Of a DNA stretch of 64,000 bases, positions 36,863-46,182 are shown one piece after another (the stretch's first letter is position 1; the number at the start of each line of letters is the position of its first letter). The notes beneath the pieces were generated by a model. It was not told where the DNA came from. It did not search any database and saw nothing but the letters and a program-made list of their open reading frames with translations. The position numbers and the translations under genes were made by a program. Source of the stretch: an uncultured Acidimicrobiaceae bacterium (GTDB lineage Bacteria; Actinomycetota; Acidimicrobiia; Acidimicrobiales; UBA8190); assembly GCA_963714125.1 (NCBI GenBank), contig OY970234.1, positions 2,733,641 through 2,797,640 on the forward strand. Reading direction: 5' to 3'.

Positions 36863-38029
36863 TCACGCTCCGTTGGGAGCGGGCACCTTGTAGAGCTTGG
36901 CGTAGTTGTCCCACAGGATCTTCTTTTTGGTGGACTGCTCGAAGGGCAGTTCAAGAAACGTCTCCAACGCGTGAGGGAACTTTGAATCCGCGTGGGGGTA
37001 GTCGGTCGAGAAGATCACATTGTCGTCGCCGAAGTCCTCAAAATAGTGCCGCGCCGTCGCTTCGTCGGCCTCGCACGCCACATAGCAGTTACGCAAAAAG
37101 TACGCCGAGGGCTTCATGTGCAGATCGGGTGCTTCGTACTTGCCCATCCACTCCCAGTGCTCATCGAGCCGGTAGAGGAGAAAGGGGGCCCACGAGCAGT
37201 TGCCTTCCAGAAGCCCAACGCGCAGATCGGGAAAGCGCTCGAGGATTCCCCCCGCCGTGAAGCACGCCGTGACGAACATGATCCCGAGGGGCTGATTGAA
37301 CGAATGCCACAACATGAGTTTGTCGAGGTGCTCGCTGAAGGCGAAGTCGGGCTTCAAATACGTCGTTCCCCCGCCGTGGAAGCACACCGGCACATCCAAG
37401 CGTTGCGCCTCGCGCCATAGGGGGTCGTACTTGGGGTCGTGCCAGGGTTTGTTGTCCACCAGCCCGGGGACGATGAAGGCCGCTTTGAAACCACGCTCGA
37501 CGTTGCGCGCCAGCTCGTCGACAGCGGCGTCGACGTCGTGGGGGGCGAGCATGGCCGACCCGAAGACGCGCTGTGGCGCGTGGCACTCGCTGACGAAGTC
37601 GGCCATCCAGTCGTTGTAGGCGCGGGCAATGGCGGCGGCCAGATCGGGCTCGAGCCCGTCAGGACCGATGTGCTCGGCGCTTTGCATGGCCAGTACGAAC
37701 AGACCCCGACTCGGAAACAGGACAGTCGAATCCAAGTGCTCGATGTCCATGGCCATCATCTGGGAGGCGGGATCCCAGTTCCGCTCCTCGGCGTGGGCGA
37801 AGGCCGAGTCTTGCGTAGGGGTCCAAACCCGGCCGGCCGCCCGTGGCCGCACGTGCCCCAACCGCAACATGACGGCGTTTTTCACCTTGACCCGCATGTC
37901 CCGCTCGAGCTCAGACAATCCCACCGGTATGGCGTGGCCCCACGACGGGTCCATATATCGCTGCCACAGATCCGCCGGCTCCATTACATGCATGTCGCTG
38001 TCTGCCACCAGCCAATCGCCGAGCGCCAT
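36863..38029 (-). CDS. Amidohydrolase-2 family metal-dependent hydrolase/decarboxylase
   Basis: Start at ATG 38029 (MALGDWLVADSDMHVMEP..); ..VCFHGG.. and ..IFSTDYPHAD.. motifs. Its stop codon abuts the stop of the convergent dehydrogenase gene. Confidence 0.8.
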   Translation of the reverse strand: MALGDWLVADSDMHVMEPADLWQRYMDPSWGHAIPVGLSELERDMRVKVKNAVMLRLGHVRPRAAGRVWTPTQDSAFAHAEERNWDPASQMMAMDIEHLDSTVLFPSRGLFVLAMQSAEHIGPDGLEPDLAAAIARAYNDWMADFVSECHAPQRVFGSAMLAPHDVDAAVDELARNVERGFKAAFIVPGLVDNKPWHDPKYDPLWREAQRLDVPVCFHGGGTTYLKPDFAFSEHLDKLMLWHSFNQPLGIMFVTACFTAGGILERFPDLRVGLLEGNCSWAPFLLYRLDEHWEWMGKYEAPDLHMKPSAYFLRNCYVACEADEATARHYFEDFGDDNVIFSTDYPHADSKFPHALETFLELPFEQSTKKKILWDNYAKLYKVPAPNGA

Positions 38030-38067
38030 CGTGCCGATCTCCTTATCCGAATCAGGGCCGAAGGCTA

Positions 38068-39261
38068 ATGCGACGCCAGCGCGGGCCCACGCCATCGAAG
38101 AGCGCCGTGAGTGCGGATAGATTTGTCGTTGTGCCCGGGGCCGCCCAAGGAGCGAGCCACGGCGCCAGCCCACTAGCCCCGGCCACTCCCCTCCTCGAAG
38201 GTCTGCGGGTTCTCGATCTCGGCATCTGGCGTCCCGTCCCCTATGCCACCCAGCTGCTGGCGGAGATGGGCGCGTCGGTCCTCAAGATCGAACCACCGGG
38301 CGGCGACCCCATGCGGGTGTTCCCCCCGTTGTTTGCCGTCTTGAACGCCGGCAAGCGGTCCATGGAAGTCGACCTCAAAGACCCCCAAGGACGCCAGGAA
38401 GTCTTGGCCCTCGCCGCCGAAGCCGACGCCGTGCTCGAAGGCTTCCGCCCTGGCGTCGTCGATCGCCTCGGGGTGGGATACGAGTCGGTGCGAGCGCTGA
38501 ACCCGGCCATCGTCTACTGCTCCATATCGGGCTATGGAGCGACCGGCCCCTTGGCCCAGGTTCCCGGGCACGACCTGAACTACCAGGCGTACGCCGGCGT
38601 TCTGGCTCCCCGCGGTGGGGCCCCGGCGGCCGCGTCATTGCCCGTCGGCGATCTGGGGGCCGGCATGACCGCCGCCATGGCCACGCTGGCGGGGTGTTTG
38701 CGATCGCGCGCCACCGGTGAAGGCGAACGCATCGACATCGGCATCGCCGATGTCCTGGCCACCTGGACGGGGGCGGTGGGCCAGCTCACCCCGACCGGCT
38801 CGCCCCTTGCCATGAAAGGCCTGCCCGGCTACGGGATCTACCAGACCTCCGACCACCGCTACGTCACCACCGGTGTGCTGGCCGAGGATTATTTCTGGTC
38901 GAAGCTGTGCGGAGCGCTCGGACTCACCGGCATCGAGGGCTACGGACTGGTCGACAGGATCCGCCTCAAAGACGAGCTCGATGCCGCCGTCGCCGCTGAG
39001 ATCGGACGACGCACCTTGGCCGACGTCATGGCCGCCTTGGCGCAATGCGATGTGCCGGTGGCGCCCGTCCTCAGCCGAGATGAGATGCTCGAGCTGAGCC
39101 ATTTTCAGGAGCGAGGAACCGTGTTGGTGCAGACGACAGATGGCGAACACGGATCGGCGACGATGGGACACCCGGCTCGCTACACCGTCCATGGGGCGCG
39201 CCCGGGCGGACCGGTCCCTCAACTCGATGGGGACCCCACCCGGTCGTGGTCGCCTCGATGA
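38068..39261 (+). CDS. Family III CoA-transferase (CaiB/BaiF-like)
   Basis: ..LEGLRVLDLGIWRPVPYATQLLAEMGASVLKIEPPGGDPMR.., ..CSISGYGATGP... The start is either ATG 38068 or, leaving a more normal divergent intergenic region, GTG 38131. Confidence 0.8.
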   Translation: MRRQRGPTPSKSAVSADRFVVVPGAAQGASHGASPLAPATPLLEGLRVLDLGIWRPVPYATQLLAEMGASVLKIEPPGGDPMRVFPPLFAVLNAGKRSMEVDLKDPQGRQEVLALAAEADAVLEGFRPGVVDRLGVGYESVRALNPAIVYCSISGYGATGPLAQVPGHDLNYQAYAGVLAPRGGAPAAASLPVGDLGAGMTAAMATLAGCLRSRATGEGERIDIGIADVLATWTGAVGQLTPTGSPLAMKGLPGYGIYQTSDHRYVTTGVLAEDYFWSKLCGALGLTGIEGYGLVDRIRLKDELDAAVAAEIGRRTLADVMAALAQCDVPVAPVLSRDEMLELSHFQERGTVLVQTTDGEHGSATMGHPARYTVHGARPGGPVPQLDGDPTRSWSPR

Positions 39262-40877
39262 GCGACACGTGGGGACTGCGACCGATGCCCCCCGACCTGG
39301 CTGAGCGCTATATCGCCGAAGGCTTCTGGCGCGACGAATCTCTCGGTCACTTGCTGGCCGGCGCCATCGCGGCCCAGCCCGACTTGACCCTCAAGATCCA
39401 TTCCGCCACGCGCCCTTGGCAAGGCAGCTTCACCGACGTCCTCGACGCCGCCTCGCATGTGGCGGGGGCACTGCGCGCCAACGGGATCGGGGCCGGAGAC
39501 GTGGTGGCCTTCCAGCTTCCCAACTGGGTGGAGGCGGCCGTGACCTTTTGGGCCGCGGCGTTGGTCGGTGCGGTGGTGACGCCGATCGTCCATTTCTATG
39601 GAGCCAAAGAGGTCGGCTACATCCTGCGACGCACCGGGGTCCGTGCCCTCATCACCGCCGATCGATTCGGCCGCAACGACTACATCGCCACCCTCGAAGG
39701 ACTGCGGGAGGACACCCCAGCCTTGGAGCTGGTGGCCGTGGTGGGTGACAGCCCCGTACCCCCATGGGCCGTGCCCTTCCAGCGTCTCTTGGAGGGCGAA
39801 CCCCTGGGCGCACCTGCCCCGGTCGATCCATCGGCGCCGGCTCTGGTCGCCTACACGTCGGGGACGACCGCCGACCCTAAAGGCGTGGTCCACTCGCATC
39901 GCACCATCGGCTTCGAGATCCGCCAGCTGTCGGGCATGCAGACCGGAAATCCACCGCTGTTGGTGGGAGCGCCGGTTGGCCACGGCATCGGCATGCTCAG
40001 CGGTTTGCTGGTGCCGGTGTGGAAGCACCAACCCATCAATCTCATCGACGTTTGGGACCCGGCCGCCGTGTTGGCCGCCATGGTGCAAGACAACATTGCC
40101 TCGGGCAGTGGTGCCACGTACTTCCTCACCAGCTTGCTCGATCACCCCGACTGCTCCGAGGCGCACCTGCGGCTGATGAGCCGCATTGGGCTGGGGGGAT
40201 CGCCGGTGCCTGCTGCGGTGACCGATCGGATGACAGCCCTGGGAATCTCCGCCGTCCGTTCTTACGGGTCCACCGAGCATCCGTCCACGACGGGGAGCCG
40301 GCACGAGGACCCCATGGACAAGCGCTGCTACACCGACGGCCGTCCCCTGACCGGTGTGGAAATCAAGACCGTCGACGATGATGGCGTATCCACCGACACC
40401 TTGGTGCCCGGGGAGATCTTGAGCCGTGGCCCGGACTGCTGCATCGGGTACACCGACCCCGCCTTGACGGCCGCCACCTTCGACGCGCAGGGCTGGTACT
40501 CCACCGGCGACATCGGCGTGATCGACGCCGACGGCTTTCTCAGCATCGTGGACCGCAAGAAGGACATCATCATTCGCGGTGGCGAAAACATCAGCGCGCT
40601 CGAAATCGAGGAGCTGCTTCTGCGTATCCCCAACGTGGCCGAGGCAGCCGTGGTGGCCGCCCCCGACCATCGCCTGGGCGAACACGCCTGCGCGTTCCTG
40701 CGCGTCATGCCGGGTGCCGCCGAACCGGACCTCACCACGGTGAAGGCCCATCTCGAGCAGGCCGGTCTGGCCCGCCAAAAGTGGCCCGAGGAGCTGCACG
40801 TCGTCACCGAGCTTCCCCGCACGGCGTCGGGCAAGGTACAGAAGTACGTCTTGCGAGACACGCTGCGCTCCCCCTGA
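39258..40877 (+). CDS. AMP-dependent acyl-CoA synthetase/ligase
   Basis: ATG 39258 overlaps the CoA-transferase stop (ATGA). AMP motif AYTSGTTADPKGVVHSH; ..YGSTE..; ..SGKVQKYVLR... Confidence 0.85.
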   Translation: MSDTWGLRPMPPDLAERYIAEGFWRDESLGHLLAGAIAAQPDLTLKIHSATRPWQGSFTDVLDAASHVAGALRANGIGAGDVVAFQLPNWVEAAVTFWAAALVGAVVTPIVHFYGAKEVGYILRRTGVRALITADRFGRNDYIATLEGLREDTPALELVAVVGDSPVPPWAVPFQRLLEGEPLGAPAPVDPSAPALVAYTSGTTADPKGVVHSHRTIGFEIRQLSGMQTGNPPLLVGAPVGHGIGMLSGLLVPVWKHQPINLIDVWDPAAVLAAMVQDNIASGSGATYFLTSLLDHPDCSEAHLRLMSRIGLGGSPVPAAVTDRMTALGISAVRSYGSTEHPSTTGSRHEDPMDKRCYTDGRPLTGVEIKTVDDDGVSTDTLVPGEILSRGPDCCIGYTDPALTAATFDAQGWYSTGDIGVIDADGFLSIVDRKKDIIIRGGENISALEIEELLLRIPNVAEAAVVAAPDHRLGEHACAFLRVMPGAAEPDLTTVKAHLEQAGLARQKWPEELHVVTELPRTASGKVQKYVLRDTLRSP

Positions 40878-40951
40878 TCCACCGGGTCCGCTTGAGCCCA
40901 CCCGATGTCACTGCCGGGCATCGGTCCCGTCAGCACCGTCATAATGTCGCC

Positions 40952-41935
40952 ATGGCGAAGATCTATTACGAACGGGATGCCGATGGCCAAGCCCTCAGCG
41001 GGGACACCATCGCCATTGTCGGGTACGGCAATCAAGGACGCTCGTGGGCGCTCAACTTCCGCGACAGCGGGTACGAGCCGGTGGTCTGCGTCCGCAATGA
41101 CACGACGCGCCAGCAAGCCGAGGCTGAGGGCTTCGCCACCCACGATGTGCTGGCTGCCAATGACGCCGACGTCATCTGCATCTTGGTCCCCGACGATGTC
41201 ATCCCCCTGCTGGGGCTGGCGCCGGGGCCGGATTCGTGTGTAATCGTGGCCAGCGGGTACACCTTGGCCTTCGACCGCCTCACCCCCGCCGGCGACGCCG
41301 GCATGGTGGCACCCCGCATGCTCGGACCCGAAGTGCGGCGCTGTTACGAAGAGGGCGTCGGCTTCATCTCGGCGGTCGGCGTGCACCACGACGCCACCGG
41401 TCGTGCCCTTCAGCGAGTGCTGGCGGTGGCCGGGGCCATCGGAGGACTCCGCCAGGGCGGCCTCGAGCTCACGCCGATGCAGGAGGCGGTGTTGGACCTG
41501 AGCGTCGAACAGGTGCTATCCCCGGCGCTGGCGGCGGTGAGCAACGCCTTCGTGCAGACCATGGTGGAGCACGCCATCCCCATCGAGGCCATCGTCACGG
41601 AGCTGGTGCTTTCGGGAGAGGTGGAACGCACCTATCGCCTCCTACGTGAGGTCGGCTTTGCGGTCCAGTCGGAATTTCACTCCCCCACCAGTCAGTACGG
41701 ACAGCTCAGCCGGCGCAGCAGCTATGACGATCTCGCTGTGCTTCCGACCATGCGGGCGTTGGCCGACGACATCGCCAACGGACGCTTTGCCGACGAGTGG
41801 GACGCCGAACGCGATGCCGGCTATCCGCTGCTGCGCGAGCTGAAGGAGCAGTATGCCGGGGCGGCCATCCGGGACTATGAGGCTGAACTGCGCACCCGCC
41901 TCGGACCGGGGGTGTCGCCAGCACCGGCCTCGTAA
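40952..41935 (+). CDS. Ketol-acid reductoisomerase-like (class I KARI fold) oxidoreductase, divergent
   Basis: MAKIYYERDAD..IAIVGYGNQGRSWALNFRDSG.. is a KARI-type N-terminus, and ..LDLSVEQ.. and ..SPTSQYG.. resemble KARI metal/substrate motifs. The AHGF and APKxPG motifs read ASGY and APRMLG by eye. Confidence 0.75.
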   Translation: MAKIYYERDADGQALSGDTIAIVGYGNQGRSWALNFRDSGYEPVVCVRNDTTRQQAEAEGFATHDVLAANDADVICILVPDDVIPLLGLAPGPDSCVIVASGYTLAFDRLTPAGDAGMVAPRMLGPEVRRCYEEGVGFISAVGVHHDATGRALQRVLAVAGAIGGLRQGGLELTPMQEAVLDLSVEQVLSPALAAVSNAFVQTMVEHAIPIEAIVTELVLSGEVERTYRLLREVGFAVQSEFHSPTSQYGQLSRRSSYDDLAVLPTMRALADDIANGRFADEWDAERDAGYPLLRELKEQYAGAAIRDYEAELRTRLGPGVSPAPAS

Positions 41936-41988
41936 ACGTGTCGTCAGGCACCGGCCATCGATACCGCCGGCGCGCCGCGCCGTTAGTG

Positions 41989-43890
41989 CTACCGCGCGAC
42001 AGCGGGCGCCCGGCACAGATAGACGGTGATGCCCGGGATGGGACCACCACCGAGGCCACCGTTGGCGCTCGTCGGCACGGCCAGACAGTGCGAGCGCGTC
42101 CAATCGACGCGCGGATCGTCGGCGTCGGGGGCGATGATCGTTTGCAGCCTCCCCAGGTCGACCTGCCTTTGTAACGTCCTGACGCTCGGCACCGGGCTCG
42201 TTCCAGTGAATCCTCCCAGCGGCTCGATTTCCCGGCCCGTGTCGATGATCAACGGAGCCGCGATGATCGACGTGAACGTGGCGGCCACATAGCGATCGTG
42301 CGTGTTCACCTTGAGCAGCAGTGCCACCTCCGAGCGGACCGATTCGAGTGTCTCTTTGGGCTCAACTTGGGTGACCTGACTCACCGATGCCGACTCGAAT
42401 GGTGTGTCAAAAGGCCCCAGGCCGGCGACGACGATGTCCATGGCCGCGCTGAGTGGCAACAGCGCCATGGCACCCAGAGCCAGGAACACGCCAGCCGTCG
42501 ATCGCGTCGTCTCGAAAAGGCCAGGCAATGGGGTGAGCGCGGTCGGCTGATCGGTCGGTCGACCGAGAAGTACCGGCCCCAGGACACGCGAACCGAGCAT
42601 CAGCCACGCCGCCGCGCCGAGCAGGACCACCTCCGCCACGATGAGAACGACGCGCAACGCGCCCGGCGCTTGGTCCATGAGCCACAAGCCGTAGACGACG
42701 TCGACGCCGACAAGGGCCAAGACGGCGTAGGTGACGGCGCCCCCGGTGTCCTTCGATCGGCGCAGCAGCTCGAGACCGATACCGCACAGCGCACCGACGG
42801 CCGGGGCCAGCGCCGCCAAGTAATACACGTTGAGACCCGACAATGCGCTGAAGGCGACGAGGTCGATGAGAAGCCATGACCCCCACAACAACGCGCCCGT
42901 CCGCAGGGGATCTCCTCGTGGCAATCGGCGGCCGCCGATGACGGCCACACCCGACACCAGCGCGATCACCACCAGCCAACCCACATCGCGCCCGCCGGCG
43001 CCGTCGAGCAATCGACCCGGACCGGGTGCGCCGGGCAGGCGGAAGTCGACCAGGGATGAGAATGCCGCTGACTTCAGGCCTGGCAACGACGAGCCGGTGT
43101 TGACCTTTCCGAACCCGTTGTAGACGAAGACCTGTTGGAAGACCGAGTCGTGCGTGCTCCCGTCGACATAGGGGCGGTCGCCGGCGGGCACCAGGGACAC
43201 CGCCGTCATCCAGCTCAACGACACGACGACGGCGACCACGACCGCACCACTCAATTGGGCGAGGCGGCGTCCGACACCGCCGGGTCCGGCCACCACCCAA
43301 GCCAGGCCGAGGGCCGGGAGCACGAGCCACGCTTCGAGCATCTTGGCTTGAAAGGCGAGGCCCACCCACAAACCCGCCAGGACCAACCACCAGGCGTTCC
43401 CTTGCACCAGCGCCGTCACCGTCGAGTTGGCCGCCAGTACCAGGAGAAGGATCAACAAAGAATCCGAAATGTTGCCGCGATTGAGCGCCACCGTGGCAGG
43501 GGTGATGGCCATCACGGCGGCGGCCACCACCCCGGCCATGTCGCCGGCCACGCGGCTCACCGCTCGAAACAGGATGAAGACGGTGAGAACCCCTTCGATG
43601 ACCTGAGGAAGCACAATGGCCCAGACGTGAAACCCGAACACCCTGACGCTCAGGGCCTGGACCCAAAAGGCGCCGGGAAGTTTGTCGAGTGAAATGGTCC
43701 CCGCCGGGTCGAAGGCCCCGTAGATGAAGTCGTGCCAGCTCGAACCCATGCTCCGCACAGCCGCCTCGTAATAGATCTCGAGGCTGCCATGCGCAGCACC
43801 CCAGGTGTAGGAGATGCCGGCCAGCACGCCGATGGCGAGCAGGGCGGGCGGGACGTAGCGCTCTGTCGAGGACGACGGGCCGAGGGCCAT
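41989..43890 (-). CDS. Glycosyltransferase family 39 (ArnT/PMT-like) polytopic membrane protein
   Basis: 633 aa. The N-terminal part ..YYEAAVRSMGSSWHDFIYGAFDPAGTISLDKLPGAFWVQALSVRVFG.. is typical of actinobacterial GT39 proteins. More than 10 TM segments. Confidence 0.8.
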   Translation of the reverse strand: MALGPSSSTERYVPPALLAIGVLAGISYTWGAAHGSLEIYYEAAVRSMGSSWHDFIYGAFDPAGTISLDKLPGAFWVQALSVRVFGFHVWAIVLPQVIEGVLTVFILFRAVSRVAGDMAGVVAAAVMAITPATVALNRGNISDSLLILLLVLAANSTVTALVQGNAWWLVLAGLWVGLAFQAKMLEAWLVLPALGLAWVVAGPGGVGRRLAQLSGAVVVAVVVSLSWMTAVSLVPAGDRPYVDGSTHDSVFQQVFVYNGFGKVNTGSSLPGLKSAAFSSLVDFRLPGAPGPGRLLDGAGGRDVGWLVVIALVSGVAVIGGRRLPRGDPLRTGALLWGSWLLIDLVAFSALSGLNVYYLAALAPAVGALCGIGLELLRRSKDTGGAVTYAVLALVGVDVVYGLWLMDQAPGALRVVLIVAEVVLLGAAAWLMLGSRVLGPVLLGRPTDQPTALTPLPGLFETTRSTAGVFLALGAMALLPLSAAMDIVVAGLGPFDTPFESASVSQVTQVEPKETLESVRSEVALLLKVNTHDRYVAATFTSIIAAPLIIDTGREIEPLGGFTGTSPVPSVRTLQRQVDLGRLQTIIAPDADDPRVDWTRSHCLAVPTSANGGLGGGPIPGITVYLCRAPAVAR

Positions 43891-43899
43891 CGGCGTCGA

Positions 43900-44355
43900 C
43901 TACTGCTCGGGCAAAAGGTCGTCGGAGATGAGGGCGAAGAGCGTGGTCCGGGTGCTGGCCACCGCCGCCACTCCCACGCGTGCCACCAGGGCGCGGTCGA
44001 CGCGTTCGATGGCGCCCCGGGCCGTGACGGCGGCCAGGCGGCCCCGCTCAGTCAAGGCGATGGTCATCTTGCGCCTGTCCTCAGCATCAGGAGCACGGTC
44101 GAGGTAGCCGCGTGTGACCAGTGTGTCCACAAGTTGACCCGCCGCCTGTTTCGAGATCCCCAGTGCACTGATGATCTCGCTGAGCGGAGAACCGACCCGG
44201 GCGATGCTGCTGAGCACGAAGACGCCGTTGCGCGGCATGTCCTCGATCCCCACCTCGTTCAGGTCATGGGCGATGGACCTCCCATAAGTGCGCCGAGACG
44301 CCCGCAGCAGGGCCGGGAGCGAGACTTCTTCGTGGTCATGTACTTCGGGCGTCAT
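43900..44355 (-). CDS. MarR-family transcriptional regulator
   Basis: Start at ATG 44355 (MTPEVHDHEE..). Winged HTH ..LSEIISALGISKQAAGQLVDTLVTRGYLDRAPDAEDRRKMTIALTERG... It ends 9 nt upstream of the GT39 gene start. Confidence 0.8.
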   Translation of the reverse strand: MTPEVHDHEEVSLPALLRASRRTYGRSIAHDLNEVGIEDMPRNGVFVLSSIARVGSPLSEIISALGISKQAAGQLVDTLVTRGYLDRAPDAEDRRKMTIALTERGRLAAVTARGAIERVDRALVARVGVAAVASTRTTLFALISDDLLPEQ

Positions 44356-44425
44356 AGACCCGAGAATATAGACAAGATTTATGACAGTCAATAATCGGTA
44401 CTAGTTGCACCGAGGACCCACGCGC

Positions 44426-46135
44426 TTAGCGGCCCAGGGCGTAGGCGGCACGCCGGGGATCGGCACCCGCCCACAACGTGGGCCGGCCACCCGCCGACGC
44501 CGACGCCCGTTGGCGGATCATGCCCACCGACCCCGCCTCGAACTCGTATGCAGGCCACTGGTGCACGTCGTGGCCGAGTGCCTCCAGGGCGTGCAAGACC
44601 GCATCGGGCACACGCTTTTCGACGACCACCATCGCCTCGGGGTGGTCGTGCGGATAGAAGGAATTCGGACAGGCCAAAGACACGGCGCGCGGCGCCGCCA
44701 CGGCCTGCTGCTCGGTCATCTTGAACACGACCGCGTTCAAAAAGGCCTGCAGCATGGCCTGCACGATGACGTCGCCACCGGGACATGCGATGGGCCACAC
44801 ATAGCCGTCGTCATCGAGAACGATGGCCGGCGACGGCGTCACACGCGGCCGCCGAAAAGGACCCAGGGCGGCGGGATGCTCAGGGTCCGTACGGCTTTGC
44901 ACTCCTCGGCCTGACACCACAACCCCAAGGCCGGGAACGACAGGCCCCATGGCCAGCGTGTCGCTCGGCGCCGACGAGAAGGCGTTGCCGTGGCCGTCGA
45001 CAACAGCCACATGCGTGGTCGACTCGATGCCGTCGGCGCCATGACGAAGCGTGAACAGATCGGGGAGTACTCGGTCGGGCTGGATCAAAGCGGCCAGTTC
45101 GCCGGCGCGCCCGTCGCCGAGCAGCTTGCCAAGGTCCACCACGCCGCCGTCGCCGTAGTAACGCTCGCGATCCGAAAAGGCCAGCTTGATCGATTCCACC
45201 AGGACGTGCAGATACGGGGCCGAGTTGTGACCCAGAGACTCGAGATCGAAATTCTCCAGGATGGCCAGCGCTTGCAACAAGGCTGGTCCTTGGGACCATT
45301 CGGCCGGCGTGACGTGCATGGTCAGTCCATCGAAGGCGGCAAATCGGCGCCAGGGAGCGGGTTCGACCTCCGCTCGGAACCCGGCCAGATCATCGGTGGT
45401 CAGAAAGCCGCCTTCGGCGATGACGAAGTCGACCATCTGCTGGGCAACCTCACCCTCATAGAACTCCCGCCGCACGGCGTCGAGGCGCGCCGTGCGGTCG
45501 CCCCCGGTTTCGGCCGCCGCCAACCGGCGCAAGAGCTGGCCCAGATCGCGTTGCACCAACCGCTCCCCCGCCACGGCCCTCCGGCCACCCGGACAAAAGA
45601 TGGCCGCCGAGGACGGCCACTGTTCATAGACCCATGCAAAGAGATCCAACGCAGTGGCGGTCGTTGCGTCGAGAACGAATCCAACGGTAGCCAACTCGAT
45701 GGCCGGCGCGGCAACGTCGGCGAACGACCATGTCCCGAAACGGTCGAGAGCACTCAGCCATCCCGCCAAGGCGCCCGGCACCACACACGGCCCACACCCC
45801 GGCGCCATGGTCGAGCCGAAACGACCCGCATATGCCTCCGGCGTCGCCGTGGAGGACCATCGTCCCACCCCAGCCACGCTCATTACCTGCGAGGACTCCG
45901 CCGGACGCACCAGGATCGGAGCGATGCCCCCCACGTTGCACATGTCGACTTGGACGACATTGGTGGCCAAACCGGCCGCCACTCCGGCATCGACGGCGTT
46001 GCCGCCGGCTTCGAGCACGCGTGCTGCCACCTGGACCGTGAGTGGATGCCCGGTGACGGCCATCCAATGGTCGCCGACCAGCGTGGGGCGTGAACTCTCC
46101 GACGGTGGCAGTCCGCGCGGACCCGGTTTCGTCAT
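44426..46135 (-). CDS. ggt: Gamma-glutamyltransferase-family protein
   Basis: 569 aa. ..GGNAVDAGVAAGLA.. The autoprocessing/nucleophile region is ..STTHVAVVDGHGNAFS... Confidence 0.85.
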   Translation of the reverse strand: MTKPGPRGLPPSESSRPTLVGDHWMAVTGHPLTVQVAARVLEAGGNAVDAGVAAGLATNVVQVDMCNVGGIAPILVRPAESSQVMSVAGVGRWSSTATPEAYAGRFGSTMAPGCGPCVVPGALAGWLSALDRFGTWSFADVAAPAIELATVGFVLDATTATALDLFAWVYEQWPSSAAIFCPGGRRAVAGERLVQRDLGQLLRRLAAAETGGDRTARLDAVRREFYEGEVAQQMVDFVIAEGGFLTTDDLAGFRAEVEPAPWRRFAAFDGLTMHVTPAEWSQGPALLQALAILENFDLESLGHNSAPYLHVLVESIKLAFSDRERYYGDGGVVDLGKLLGDGRAGELAALIQPDRVLPDLFTLRHGADGIESTTHVAVVDGHGNAFSSAPSDTLAMGPVVPGLGVVVSGRGVQSRTDPEHPAALGPFRRPRVTPSPAIVLDDDGYVWPIACPGGDVIVQAMLQAFLNAVVFKMTEQQAVAAPRAVSLACPNSFYPHDHPEAMVVVEKRVPDAVLHALEALGHDVHQWPAYEFEAGSVGMIRQRASASAGGRPTLWAGADPRRAAYALGR

Positions 46136-46182
46136 CGGCCCACGTTATGCTGACGGTGGCGCAACCAACCTAGGAGGCGCTT

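Noticed and set aside
39219-40901. 560-aa minus-strand ORF opposite the acyl-CoA synthetase gene
   Set aside because: The plus-strand frame carries the AMP-binding motif and is translationally coupled to its neighbour. The antisense product is low-complexity Gly/Arg/His-rich.
42407-43666. 419-aa minus-strand alternative-frame ORF within the GT39 gene
   Set aside because: It is out of frame with the hydrophobic, motif-bearing GT39 frame, and its product is Arg/Gly/Pro-rich.
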